DNA from: Selaginella moellendorffii
Taxonomy: Eukaryota > Plantae > Lycopodiophyta
Assembly: GCF_000143415.4 (NCBI RefSeq)
Contig: NW_003314271.1
Coordinates: 2,375,245 to 2,439,244, forward strand
Direction: 5' to 3'
DNA length: 64,000 bases
The notes beneath the pieces are model-generated. The model was given only the letters and a program-made list of their open reading frames with translations, was not told the DNA's origin and searched no databases. This document shows, in pieces, positions 27,033-40,558 of the stretch (position 1 is the stretch's first letter; each line of letters opens with the position of its first letter). The position numbers and the translations under genes were made by a program.

Positions 27033-29266
27033 TGAGCCCCAAGTTCTCGCTTTGTCTCTCTTTCTCTCACACACGGAGATCGATCGAAAGCCTGGTCGGA
27101 AGGCGATTTCTAGATGAAGATCGACGAGTTGCTTAAGTGGGTTTGTGATTAAAGTTAAAATCTTACCATCTAAGTGACCTAAACTTTGCGCGCCATAATT
27201 TCAAATAAAATCCACGCCAACCTCGATATAGAAAATGAATTTACCCCGACACGGATTCCAATGTCGCGGGAAAAGATGAGAAATCAAAAGATTTTACACC
27301 ACGCTTTGCTTTCGCTACGCGCGCCAAAACGTTTTCACCCCACTCCTCGTTGTTCGTACACGATGGCGATGGCCACAACAAGATTTGGGCCACAAGTTCT
27401 AACTGTATTCAATTCTCGCACGCATGGGCCATGATTTGATCACGTCGATGCCCTAGTAGCTACTTGCGGGGAGGTATTTGAAAGTTGGCGGGGCGGGAAA
27501 ACGGAATGGGATGTGAATGGATTGAAGTTGAGGGGGGCGAAAGCGCTGCTTCGATCGAGCGATCGATCCATTCTTGCGAGTGGTCGCGCTCGTTCTTTTT
27601 GTTTGTTATGCAGCTAGTGTGGCCGTAATAGCGATTGATAAGATAGTGGTGGAATTACAAACACAATCACCAGCATCAATTGTTTCCCTCTTTTAACATC
27701 AATCGCTATACCTAGCGGCCTGGCCCTGCTGCCCATTTCTTGAATTGCACTTATCCATCACAGTTTTTTATTCAACTGCCAAATTACATGGTGTTAATGT
27801 CTGGAGGAGTGAGCATTTAAAAGTTAAAAAGATAGAGCCAGGCATCTAGAGACAACAACAACAATAACAACAACAGTTGCAGAAAAGCAACCCCAAACAA
27901 GATTCAAATTAAAGATGGAGCCCTTTGTCCTTGCATGCACCCCCACATTGATTCTCACATGTGGATAGTTTGCAAAGTGATGCCATGACCTATGGTCCCT
28001 TGAAATATTTCTATTAGTATGTTCTTTTTTTCACAGCCCTATCTGACAAGTGTTTTGTGATGACGTGGCGATAGCAGGTGCTAACACGTCGGCTTGTCTA
28101 GGGCTGAGGTGGCTAGCCGGACAAAGGGGGGAGGTTTAAAGTCCTCGCATATGAGCGAGAGCTCGCTCTGTGCGAGTGGAATGGTAGCCATGCGTTCACT
28201 GCTGCTCCCCGACAATAGGTCTAAGTAGAGGCGCGCGCTGTGGCTTGTGGGGCGTCTTTCTCTTTCTCTCTGGTGTTTCGTAATGACTGATCCCTCCCTT
28301 TTCGATGAGCTGTGCTGAGCGCAAGCCAAAGCCAACAACAGGATATCAGAGGAATAAAATGCGAGCTGGAAACAAACAGCGCTAGCTAGCAAGCCAAGCA
28401 CAGTGGCAGCTCTCGCCTCTCTCACACAGAAAAAGAGAGGAAAAGAAAAGGAAAAAGGGAGCGAATCCACTCTAGTCGGAGGATGAGATGAGGAGCTGTA
28501 AATGCGTAACGACAGGAGAGGAGTTTGTAGCGAGCGACTTACTTCTCATCAGACTGTTCCAGAGTGTTGTGGGCACAAGCGAGCGCAGGAACACTGTAGC
28601 AGCAGGAGCAGCAGCGTAGCACACGAAGGTCGCTCTCCTCTTCTTTTTTTTTTTTTTTGCCTCCATCCCTTCTTCCTTCTTGGCACTCTGGCATTCCTCC
28701 TCTCCTGCGCTTGCCACTCTGCTTACGAATGAATGCATGATCATCATCGGCGGCGCCAAGTACAGGTGGTTGCTTTGTCGCTTGGCCCATCCACTGTAGC
28801 TGCTGAGCAAACAAAACAGAAGCCGATCAGAGGTTTCCAAACTTGGTGAAAGCCGTATTGAAATGCTGCTGTCTACTTACCTCACTCTCTCTGTAAGGGT
28901 GCACTGTTTGTGCTCCTCCTATTTCTTCTCTGCTCGCTGAGCAGCGTTGATAACTTCACTGGGTTGTGCCTCCTCCTCCTCGATTGAGAGATTTCTTTTC
29001 CTCTATGCAATTGCCTCCTCTTTTCACTTCGTTGTCCTGCTCAGTGCTACTGCTTTGTAGTACGCTGCGAGCGGTCTCTCCTTTTGTTCTTTCTTTCTCT
29101 GATGTGGGCCGTCTCGTGACTCGCCAGCTCTCCTCCAGCACCGTGTACGTCCTTGAAGAGAATTGAAGTCCATGAAGAACCCGATGGTTGGTTGAAGGAA
29201 GTCCTGCCTTCCCCCTGTTCATCGCTTCGGCACGAGTGGCTGTTCCTCTTCTCCAACGAATCCGGA

Positions 29267-32200
29267 ATGAAGCCCGATACTCCGCTGGATTCTGTGGTGT
29301 TTCAGCTCGACGAATCTCGCTCCAGGTTTCTCTTTTCTTTCTCTTTTCGTTTCGTAGGCCTTGAATCGTTCTTGCCTTAGATGCGAGCTATGGGTTGCCG
29401 CTGGAGAGTCCACCGAGAGATTGGCCTCTGGATCCTTGATGCCATTTCTAGCGCATCTCGACACGGCGCAAGAGCAGCTCGCGAATGATTGTAGCTCCAT
29501 CGAGCTGCATTGTCCACATCAAGGCGCTTCCTGGTTCACCAAAAGAACCATCGAAAGGTCAGTTTTGTTGTACCAACAATTGATAGCGATTTAAATTTCA
29601 CTCACCCACTTGCGCGCGACAGGTTCGTGAGATTTGTGAGCACGCCCGATGTGTTGGAGCGTGTGAGCTTCTTGGAGACGGAGCGCATGAAACTCGCTGA
29701 AGCGAGCAGCATCTTGATAAGCGAATCACCTCACGTAAGCGCTGGGAATTACTCGTTGCGATGACATCCCTCATCGTGCTTGCAAATTTGCTTTTTTCCA
29801 CAGGTTGGAGCCTGCCTCCCACTCCCAGTTCTCGAATCTGGAAACGCAGGTTAGTTAAATCACTTGAAAATTAGAACCGAGAACGTAAAGACCGCTGACA
29901 CGGGAGATGTTTCAGGCAAGGAAAAAGTTGAGCAAGCCAAAGCGCAGGTACGAAATGAAATGCAACTAGATATGAGTTTCGGCATGTTCTGAATCCGTCC
30001 TTCACAGGCTCATGCAGAGGCAGAGGAGCATTCAATGGACACCCTGGAGGTTGAAACTGAGTCTTCAAGGTAAAGGCCGACGAGCTCTCTCTTAGAATTC
30101 CACGCTCGGTTTCAATGCGCTCTCCCTTCCGAGTGGCAGGAGGCACTTGGTAAAGGCGATGGATGCACGGCGACTTATTCTGGAAAAGGAGCAAAGGAGT
30201 GCATTTGCTCGTGCAGCGGCAGCGGGCTTCACCATTGGTTCTCTGCCTGACTTGATCGCTTTCGCAGGCTGCTTTGGTGCCACCCGGCTGAGGTAACCCA
30301 GCACTTCATGGTCAAGTTTTGCTGACGAAACTATATGCAGTGAGGCCTGCTCGAAGTTTGCGGAATTGCATAGGAAACTACTTGATCCGGACGTTCCAGC
30401 GGAAAAACTGGAGGAAAAATCAGACACTCGGGCTTCTACAAAACTGGAGGAAAAATCAGAGACTCGTGCTTCTACAAAACTGGAGGAAAAATTAGAGGTG
30501 GAAGTACAGGCTGAGGTTGGGGTGAAAAACGTTGGAAGGAGAAGGGTATGGGGACCACCTGTCGCTGAGATCCCACTACAGATGCCGTTGGAAAGAGTGA
30601 ATGGTAGTGTACCTGAGTCCGAAGGGCCGGATTGGAAAGATGGCGCATTTACTCCCGATGACTCCGACTCGCCACAAAAGTCCACTGCTTCCGGAGGCCG
30701 TGAATCTGATTGGGAAGACAAGGAAGGCAGCAGTGAGAACCCCGTTTACGCAAATGTGCTCGGTCAACTAAGCGGGAAAGACGCCGACAGTGGTGAGGCT
30801 GGGGAGGCCAAGTCCGCATCCAACCAGGTGGATGCGTCTGCAGTTCGAAGAAAAGGGATCGTTGTCATCAAGAACCTCAAGTTTCCGCAGACCGGAGCAA
30901 GCAGCATCATTGCAAAGCAGTCAGACACAGAGAGCGACAGAGACAGTGAGAATGAAACAAAAGGTGGCAGTGGCGGACGGCTCAGCGTTCAGGCAGCCAT
31001 TAGTCTGTTTGAAACCAAGCAGAAAACATCCAGGGAGGTTTCGAGACAACAGGTGGACACAAAGAATGTAGATAGGAAGACGTCGGATCCTCCAACACGT
31101 ACAGGAAAGCAAGACCCAGCGGCAAGTGACGGACACAAGTACGCACTCAAGCACAAGCACACACCGCGGGAACTTCTAAGTGACGATGTCAAGCGCAAAA
31201 GCATGCTTACCGAAAGTTTACAGTTGGGTTTGCCGAAGAGAGACCGCGATTTCATTCTGCAAAAGTCAAGTTTAGATAGCAAGGGACAAAGAGGACATAC
31301 TAAAATGGACGCTGTGAATGATCTGGCTAGGACTCGGAAGGAACAGGTTGATAGAACACAAAAAGAGGGCGGGAGCCGTCAGAACACTACAGCAAAAACT
31401 GCAGACGAGATTAGAAAAGAGTTGCTTAGTAGGACTCAGCAAAGAACAGGTGCAAGCAACCAGAGCACAGTAAAATCTGCGGACGAAATCAGCAAGGAAC
31501 TGCTTGATAGGAGCTATACGTGCTTGCTGAAAATAAACTCTGTTGTGCAAGACGCCTTGTTCTCTGCTTCGGCCTTGCGACAGACTAAAAAACCGGAACA
31601 GCCCAAGGCAAATGTCGAAACAGATAGCGACAGCAGGGAATGGAGATCACTCTCGAATGTTTCCAAGTTCGGTTTAGACGACATCTTCCTCGAGAATAAC
31701 GTTTCAACCAAGGAAGCCTCTCGGAGACAGTCATTGTGCACTCCAGCAGAGTATGACGGTAAAGCCAATAGCGACGACGTAATGGCAACAAGAGCTCCTC
31801 ACGAGCATGAGAAGGGAAGGTTTTACGACCAGTATCAAGAAATACGAGCCGCAAAATACAAGAAGGAATCGACACACTTGAAAGCAGAGCGAGAATCGAA
31901 GCTGAGAGCAATGCAGGATGTTTTGGAAAGGCGCAAGACAGAACTTATGGGAAAAAGCACGCGGCTCCCAGAAAAGAACAATACGATGACAGTTGAGCAG
32001 ATACGGGCCATAAAGCTTCAAGCCACGAAAAACGTCGTGAAAAAGGTACATACCTCGAGTTTTTGTTTAACGGTTCGATGATCTTTCTTATACAGGATGT
32101 GCGCTTAGACTCCATCAAAGCTCTGCAAAATGAAAAGTCAGGGACCCGGACTAGAACTTCCAACGTTCTGCGCTGCAAGCAAGAGTCATCTCCAAGCTCT

Positions 32201-33729
32201 ACAACCTCATCCACAAGAAAAATCTCACCTGGTCCTCCGAAGCCACTAGCAACTCCAAGGAACTTCGGACGCTTAAGTTCCTCTCCACGTTCGAAGCACT
32301 TATCGAGTGGACCTCCTGTAAGTCAAAGAAGAATGCCGAATTTTATGAGTCAGTCGGTTATCGCTGAAAGCTTGCATACTCAAGCAGACCTGAGAAAGGA
32401 AAATGCCAAGCCTTTTACGGGGAGAAACAGCTTGAACACGATTCATGAGGCTGGCCAACCGTCGAGATATTCTCAGTCCCGGGCAGACAAGGTGAACCGA
32501 AACTTGGCACTTGAAACTTCTCCTTCCAACGGGGAGATTAAGAGACTGGGTGGGAAGGGAAGAACGGACGCCAGGGACAGCCAGATTCTAGCTCCACTCA
32601 AAGTTCCTCGAGACCTGGCACCAGAAAAAGGCAGGGTGAAACAGGATTTGCCAAAGGCTCAAGGCGTACCAAGGATTGTGATTCCTAGACCGTCCAACTC
32701 TCCAGTCTCTTCTGGTTCGAAGCCCGGAAGTGTTCCTGAGCCGAAGTGTGAAGCCGGAAAAACTGGTACTGTGGAAAGGTCCACACCAGTCTCCTCGACG
32801 AAGTCCAGCGACGAGTGCATCAAGCAGATCGTAAGCTGTACTAGCAAGGATAGAAACGAGCAGGCACCTGAGGACAACCCTTCCAAGACTTTGGCTTCCC
32901 CTGGCCTCCCGGCTGAAGCTCCACAGGTCTCTCTGGTCATTACGAACGTCAAAAGTGAGAGCTTCAAAGAGCAACCAAAGTCGGAGGAGCCTTACACTTC
33001 GAGCGAGATCAAGTTCGAGGCGTTTGTCTCCAAGGATTTCGAGGACGACGTGCAGATCGACGAGGCTCTGGAGAAATGCATGTCCGGGAGATCTTTCCTG
33101 GACGGCATCTCCGCTTCTCCACTCACGACGTACGAGACCACCACCACCTTGGGAATCAAAGGCATTTGCTGCAGCAAACAGGATCTCATCAGTTCTTCGC
33201 TACGCACAGGGCCATCGTCGCAAAGTCTACCTCATTTGCAGCGATCGCTCTCCCCGTCATCGCTAGCATCCTTTCGAAACGACTTCGCTGCCAAGGAGAT
33301 CAAGGCCCTTTGCAAAGAGCATCACCAGCCCGTGGCACACAAGGACCAGCCCAAGGGATTGAAGCGCCTCCTCAAATTCGGACGTAGGAGCCGAGCGTCG
33401 GACAGCAATGCGGGGGAATGGAGCACGTTCAACGAGGATTTCATCGTAAACAGTACCCGATCGAGCAAGAAGAACGCGGCGGTGGAGGAACCCTTGCCCA
33501 GGACGGCCGGATCCAGCGCCGGGAGCAGCGTGAGGCGGAGCTTGGAGGCGCTGCCAAAGATTGCCGACGCTGCGAGCGAAATATGTAAGATTCGTACAAA
33601 TCCCTCTCCCTCGCTCTCTCAGATCTAGCTTACAGACTCACCGATCGCGCCTTGTTTGCAGCAGCCAGGAATTTCTTCTCCACTTTCCGGAGCAAGAGCA
33701 ACGCCAGTGAATCCCGATCTAGGGCTTGA
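29267..33729 (+). CDS. COP1-interacting protein 7 (CIP7)-like protein (multi-exon)
   Basis: MKPDTPLDSVVFQL..RCELWV..LASG..PFLAHL..WFTKRTIER|FVRFVSTPDVLER; RLSVQAAISLFE; GRFYDQY; KGLKRLLKFGR; C-terminal FFSTFRSK. Confidence 0.85.
30403..30492 (+). repeat. 36-bp coding tandem repeat (~2.5 copies, KLEEKS(D/E)TRAST)
   Basis: AAAACTGGAGGAAAAATCAGA.ACTCG.GCTTCTAC repeated. Confidence 0.85.
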
Positions 33730-33919
33730 GAGCTCCGCGCGAATGTGAACTGGGAATAGGTATAGAGATGGAAAGAAAAGAGAAAGCTCGGATACTTTGT
33801 GGTGTGAACTCAAATGAAAGGATATTCGATTCCAAACGGCCCTTACCGCGCGGCATACAGCCACATGGCGTACAGCGCTGCACGGTCTGGCAGTAACATC
33901 AAACATTGAACTCTTCTTT

Positions 33920-35512
33920 TCAAGCTTCTGCCATAGCCGCTGCTTGTATCTCCTTGACGAGATCATCATACGCTGCGAGAACAAAAAATCTAAGACTTTC
34001 AAGCTTTCCTAGAAAAAAAAGAGAGAAAAGATTACCATCGGGTAGAAGTTTCATTCTCAAGAGTTCTTCCGCTTTAGAAACTTTGATCGACGCAGCTTGA
34101 GATGCCTGCTGCGACCGAGTTCCACGCCGCCCGCTTGCTTTTCGGCCTGGATGAGCGAGAGACCACACCAAAACCGTGCACCGCGTCGGGTACTCGGACG
34201 CGAGATTGTCAAAGGCGAGCTCGACGTCGGCTTTACTGGCAGAACGAACCGCGCATAGAAATCACAAAAAGAAAACACTTGCAAGCATAAGGACGTCTTA
34301 CCAGGTTGGTTCGTCGAGTGAAAACTTGATCAGGTTGTAAGGCAAGCTGTGGTAAAGATCTCCAATACTGTCTCCGTGGAGCTGCTTTAGCCCCAGAATC
34401 TGGAAACTACTCTTGTGTCACAACAAACGATCTAAACTCGAAGAGTTTTACCTGTCCTCGTCTACAAACAAAAGCCTGTAGATGGCTGTCAACATGGTCG
34501 AGGAAATTCTAGAGAAAAAGATGAGTAAAGCTCAAATAGAGAAGAAGCAAGCGGATTACCGTGGCACTAAGCTGCAAGTGAGTTTTCTCTATCTCGCGGA
34601 GGTTCAAGTAAAATGGAATGTTGTCTTTGCTCACGAAAATTTTGTTGGACGGTGGCTTCGTTGTTAAAACACAGTAGTAGCGTTCTTGTTCTTGTTCTGC
34701 AACATACCACCATCACTAACTTGTTGGGCGAATGTTTATCCCATACCTGAGAAAGCTGGAGTGAATTCGATTCCGATGCGTCTGTTGCTCAAGATAAAAA
34801 TTGCCTGGGAGCTCGAAAGAGAATTAAGCACAAAAGAGAAATTCTGGATTCTTGTACCTTTCGACCGATATGATACAGCAATCTTCCGGTGTCGTTCCTT
34901 TCACTCTCGGAACTATTTTCGCTGTAAGCCTGCAAAAGACGAATGCTCCTAGAACTACACAAAACTAAGAGAAACTACCTGCTCAAAGATGGTTTCTAGC
35001 AGTGCATCGTTCCAACTAGAGCTTTCCAAATACGCCCCCTCTACGACAAAACAAATCTAGCAAATCAAAGAAAAAGGAAAGAGAAAAACAAGTCCAACCT
35101 GAAGAGCTAGCTCTAGCTTCATCGAACTCTTGAGCCAATTTTGCGCCTTGAGCTTTCTCTGGCTTACTAGACAAAAATTTAGCTCGAGAAACATACAAAG
35201 AAGGGAAAAGAAGAACAAAGAATACCTGAGCGTTTCACGAAGTTGTAGATGCCTCTCTTGCAATCCCGAAACTACGATAGAGAAAAAAAAAGAGAGAGAT
35301 CATAAATATGGAAGCGTGAGCCTTGGAACACTTACTTCGAGCTCGGATCGCTTCCAGGGACACTTCGTGCTCGTCTTCCTGCCAGATTGGGGGTAAAATC
35401 CAGACTAAAATTCGAAGAATGCTACCCGTGGAGTCGTGTCGGCGTGAATGCGCTTGGGGCGCTGGGCGTGAGGGCGTCGCTCACTGATCTTCCGCTTGTC
35501 CCGCTCCTCCAT
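33920..35512 (-). CDS. CENP-O: Centromere protein O (CENP-O), many short exons
   Basis: Spliced RRIGIEFTPAF..ERYYCVL..IPFYLNLREIE..NFLDHVDSHLQAFVCRRGQ|ILGLKQLHGDSIGDLYHSLPYNLIKF matches the plant CENP-O RWD region. Confidence 0.8.
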
Positions 35513-35573
35513 TGTTAGGGCTCACTATGTGACGTGGCCATATTTTAGGGTTTATGCGAGGTTTTTGTGGGCA
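35513..35573. promoter_or_regulatory. 61-bp spacer between the divergent CENP-O and APC4 start codons
   Basis: Contains TGACGTGG and telo-box TTAGGGTTT. Confidence 0.6.
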
Positions 35574-38500
35574 ATGGCGGATCAAGGCCCCCAGGCGATG
35601 CATTTCACGCTTCATCTGGATAAGCCGATCGCTTGCCAGGTAATGTTTCTAGGCGGCTGATTTCTCTCGGCAAAGCGCGCATTCTTTCTCTCAGGTGGAG
35701 ATCGCGTCTTGGAATCCGGAGAAGGATTTGCTCGCAATGGTGAGCACGGATCATCAGCTCACGGTCCATCGATTCAACTGGCAGAAGCTGTGGACGATTT
35801 CTCCGGGTAAAAGACGTTCGATGCATTTGATGTGAGATTTTACTAGTGATTGGAACAGAGAAGAAGATCACTGCTATATGCTGGCGTCCCGATGGAAAGG
35901 CTCTAGCAGTCGGGCACGAAAATGGCGAAATATCTCTTCACGATGTCGAGGTTCTTATCGTTGCATTGGTGTATATTCTTGTGAGCTTTTCCTTCCAGAA
36001 TGGCGAGGTTTTGAGAACACTTGAAGCGCACAAGGCCTCGGTTCAGTGTGTCTACTGGGTGGAAGAAAGGTCTGCTCGATCACAGGTACTTAGAGCAGCA
36101 TTCTTTCTCTTTTTTCATGCTAGAAGCGTTTCATTGTTTGATACAGGGTTCCACTTTACATGAAGATCGAACTTCGAGATTTTTTCCTCCACCGCCAAAG
36201 CCACCAGCAATGCCAGGAACAGGCCCTGCGTTTGATATGGCTGGCGCATTTGCTTCTGGGGATGATCAAGAAAACATTTCTCAGAATGCGGCATCGAAAC
36301 ACTCTGAGCAGTACCTCAACATCTTGTGCAGCAGCGACAGCAATGGGCTTGTTTGCCTCAACGCATTTGGCTTGTTTGCCATTGGAGAACTGGTATGCTT
36401 CACTTTAACTTGGTGGCGTCTAACGTGAATACCCTCTAGAACTTACACAACTTTCCCAATTGGAAGCAACTATCAGCTGTGAAGGTATTCTGTTTCTCTG
36501 ATCGTGGTAGCGTTTCTAACCTCGAAGAATGGTATCTACAGGTGATGCTCTCTGGCGACCTATGCAACATGATCCTGCTTTGCCATGACCAGGATAAAAA
36601 CTCGGGATTAGTCTCCATCTCAGTCGATACTACTTTGCTTAACAGTCGGTGGGTATTTTTGGAAGATATGGTCGAAACTAAAGCTCTATTTGCAGGCGCA
36701 ATGAAATTCGTCAAGTTGCACTACAGGCTTCCAGCATTGAAGAGCTGCTAGAAGTTCTGCAAAAAACTTTGACGGTCATGAGAAGACACTGGGTTGATGC
36801 AATGAGCGCGTTTGCCGACAAATTTAGTGCATTTCAGACACTCCTCCGTGAAAATGGTAAGCTTTTTATTTTGTATTCTTGTCAACATCGAACCTTTGTG
36901 GCAGGATCGCTGTCAACACCACGTGATGAGCTCCTGACCCTTCTGGCTTGTGGCTCAGCAAGTGTCTCCCTCCATCAGTTCCTTGCTGTTACATTAGGAG
37001 AAGGGGTATGGAGGTTCTTTGCTCTATTTGCGCTAATGTGATCACTTCCAGGGACTGAAAAAACTTGGAAAAAGCATTGATGCTGCCGGGAGGGAGATTC
37101 AGGTTCTTATAGCTGATCATCTTCAAGTAAGCAGTTGTTTTGAAGTGCAATGATTAACTGTAAGTCGGTGAAGCCTGCCGCAGAGATTTTAGCATTCAGG
37201 ATTGGCGAGCTCCTTGGTCTGTCACGTTGGCGTAGTCAGCTGCAATCCATCGGTCTAGACGAAGTTCTGGTTAACTCTGTCATGGAGAACGCAGGAATGC
37301 TAATGGTGCAAGTGGAACGATTTCTTCATGTAGTGAGTGACACGGTTGGACAGGTAAACATTATTACGGCTTACAAACTTTCGATTTGTACTTACCCGTT
37401 AAAGTTTCTAGTATCGTCTCTTCTTCGTATGGCTTACAAAATCGCTGCGACTATTTAATGCCGAGACTTCACCCTTGCATACAGAGCCCATCAACAGGTA
37501 CCACGTAGTGTCTATGTTTGTTTCGTCCTGCTAAAACCTCCTCTTCTTTCAAACCAGTACAGCCATCGCGACATTTTTGAGACAACAGTTCGACTCAGAT
37601 CTCATTGGACCACATGTAATTTCGGAAGGTGTTCTACCGAACATTGGGTTGTATGTATAACCATGTTCAGCTTTTGACGACATTAATGTTATCTGTTGCA
37701 GTGAAGAGGACTTGTCGAAAGCTGAAGAACTTCTTTTGCTTGGCGGATTTCAAGACGTCAAGTTCCTCCAAAGGACTCTCTTTCAGCAGCTCAATTGTCT
37801 GTGTGACAGGTAGGCGCACTTACTTTGCTAGGTAAAGGCTCACATTCTCTTCCTGCAGCTGGCGAGCTGCCATTTCTAAGCCCGTCGCTGTAATCTCCCC
37901 TAGATTGTGTTTTAAAAGTCATTTCTTCCTCTGTGAGTTCCCCAAGCTTCTTCCGTTATCGTGCACATACTATGAGGTAGGCTCTACTTTATTGATTTCA
38001 GATCCGCAGGGTTTGTCCATTCTACAGATGAAAACGGAAACCCCCAGTTTTGTTGATTATACATGCTTTGAGATTCATACAGACGGGCTGAACCATATCG
38101 GTGTACTTCGTGGCTTCAACTCCCAAAGCATGGGCTCCGACGGAAACGAAGTTGAAGCCGTGGTCCTGCAACTCAATGAACACCTTACCTGTTTGGATTT
38201 TTCCTTGTACAAGGTACGAACTGCCAACCGCGACGGTCATTTACTGAGTGGTCTATTCCTGCTCGCAGGAGAAACAACTGCTTTTGCTACTCAATGAAAG
38301 ATTACCTCAGTGTGGTAGCAATCAGGCGTGGATTATGGTATTGGAGCTGGAAGAGCTGCCTTTTATATCATTGAAGTCGCAGACTAACGAGGCGAGGGAA
38401 ATTCTCCGGTTTTGCACGTCGAACGTGAGTTACAGTTGTGTCGTTGGACATGAGAGTAACCTGGAACGTGCAGGATGCTCTTGCATTCGTCGGCTTGAGG

Positions 38501-38694
38501 AGCGGCAAAGCTCGATCCATCCTTCAGCTGGACGTGATCCCTCCCATCGCCGTTAGTGGTATGAGCTAAGTTTTGCCTTGAGTCTTCTTTATCGTTTGAT
38601 TCCAGCTTCAAGAGGACTTGCGTGCGTTTTCGCTGCTCAAAAGCGAGCAATGCTTTACGATCTGGAAGAAGACGAGGAAGAAAAGGATGATTGA
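35574..38694 (+). CDS. APC4: Anaphase-promoting complex subunit 4 (multi-exon)
   Basis: [34 protein letters not shown]|[26 protein letters not shown]; EDRTSRFFP; ILCS.D..G....FG.F.IG; C-terminal [23 protein letters not shown]. Confidence 0.93.
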
Positions 38695-39134
38695 CAGGTA
38701 CTTCATTTTTTCGAAATCTCTACTTTGCTGTGACGCTGGTCATACGGCTTTGCCACGCGGCGCCAGCCTGTTCGTCGCTCCTTTTGAGTTTCTGTGGACC
38801 CAAGGAGGTAATGGAATGAATTTTTTCGCTGGCTATTCCTGAAGCTCTGCCAGGCGATAGCTGGTACTGAATCAAAGCTTCCAGTTATAAGGCGCGTGCT
38901 GGGATGGTGTACAAACGCCTTTGAAACGGCTCGGTTCTCCTGGATTTGTCGTAGAACACGCACCGTGAGCGACTGGGGTAAGTCTAGCCTGTTGCTTGCT
39001 GCTTGCGTGAGCTCCTCCTTTTTTGACTGGTTCTGTTGCTGGTAAGACACTTCTTCCGGCCAAATGGTAGTGGCTTAGACCTTTCGTTGAAGACATTTTC
39101 AACTTCCGCATTTCCACAGGGTTATTGAGGCTTT

Positions 39135-40247
39135 ATGGTTCGCAGGAGCAGCAGGAATCCCACATGTGTTTCAAGCTCAATGATCTCCATAAGGTGCTGT
39201 GGACTTTTCAGTCGTCTATATGGATTTCTCAGGGGAAGGGGCTTGCAGATGGCTCCCAGGGTCTTCTCCTTCAACTCCTCTCGAGAGACGGGCAAGGGGG
39301 AATCGTTCCATGTCATGCACGGCTTCTCCAAGATCAAAGGCAAGGCAAGGCATCCCATGGAGGATGTGCTGGTGAGCTTGTACAAGGAGTTCAAGGGACA
39401 CAAGCTCGGGCTTTTCGCGGTGTATGACGGACACCTGGGGAGAGATGTCGCCGATTATCTCGAGGAGAACTTGTTTGACACTATCCTTGACGAGGTAATA
39501 CACAGACTCTCCATTTCCCTTTCGGTACTGACTGGCTTTTTCGCTTCTGCATCAGCCTGATCTCTTTTGCAATCCGAAAACGGCCCTGGAAAACGCATAC
39601 CACAGCACTGATGCTGTGATCTTGCAAATGTCGCATCCTGGCGGCTCCACTGCAGTCACTGCTATTGTCGTCGACAACAAAAGGCTGCTGGTTGCAAACG
39701 TTGGAGACTCTCGAGCGGTACTGTGCGAAGCCGGCGAAGCCAAGCAACTCTCTGTAGACCACGAACCCAGCGCTGAACGTCAGCTGGTGGAAAGCCGAGG
39801 GGGTCATGTCACTCATTTTCCAGGTAACTGCTAGTCAAAAGAAAAGTGTATCTCTTTTCTTTTTTTCTAAGCATCGCTTTCGTGATCTTAGGAGATGTAG
39901 CACGCGTTGATGGCCAACTTGCGGTGGCACGCGCCTTTGGTGACAAGAGCTTGAAGCAACATCTAAGCGCCGAGCCCCACGTCTGCGAAGTTATCCTGAG
40001 CGAGAGGTCCGAGTTTATGATCCTCGGAAGCGATGGACTCTGGAAGGTATGCGCTCGATCTCGTGCTTTTGCTGTTTGACTTCCCAGATCGAAATGTAAC
40101 GCTCAGGTGATCGAGAACCAAGTGGCAGTGGACTTGATCCGAGGCATCAAAGACCCGGAGGAGGCAGCGAAGTGTTTGACAAGCACAGCCGTCCAGAAGA
40201 AGAGCAGGGATGATATCTCTTGCATCGTGGTGCGCTTCCACGCGTAA
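39135..40247 (+). CDS. Protein phosphatase 2C, plant clade F-like (multi-exon)
   Basis: HPMED, LGLFAVYDGHLG, GGSTAVTA, VANVGDSRAV, DHEP, RVDGQLAVARAFGD, SDGLWK, SRDDISCIVVRF; start codon uncertain. Confidence 0.92.
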
Positions 40248-40558
40248 GTTTTTCAATGCATTATCTTCGCAATCGCAGTGGAAGCCATAGCCATCGCCCA
40301 TCGCCATAAAAGAGTCCATTGTTTTTCCAGCTCAAAGCTGCTGGTGCTCCATGAAAATCCCATGCTACTCGTTTTGGAGGATCCAAAAGACCATAGAACT
40401 CGATCTCGAGCTCGTACATTTATTTTTCTACCAGCCTTTAGCATTCGTTCGTTCGTGCTCGTTCACTACCTACGCGCTGGCTGGAGTTTTCCCAATCACC
40501 CCACCTAAGATCGTACTAGAACTTGCCGAGGAGAGTCCCACGAGAGAGAGAGTTCTTT

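Noticed and set aside
27834-27845. miR160-like seed (TGCCTGGCTC, minus strand)
   Set aside because: Only 10 nt match and no evident hairpin
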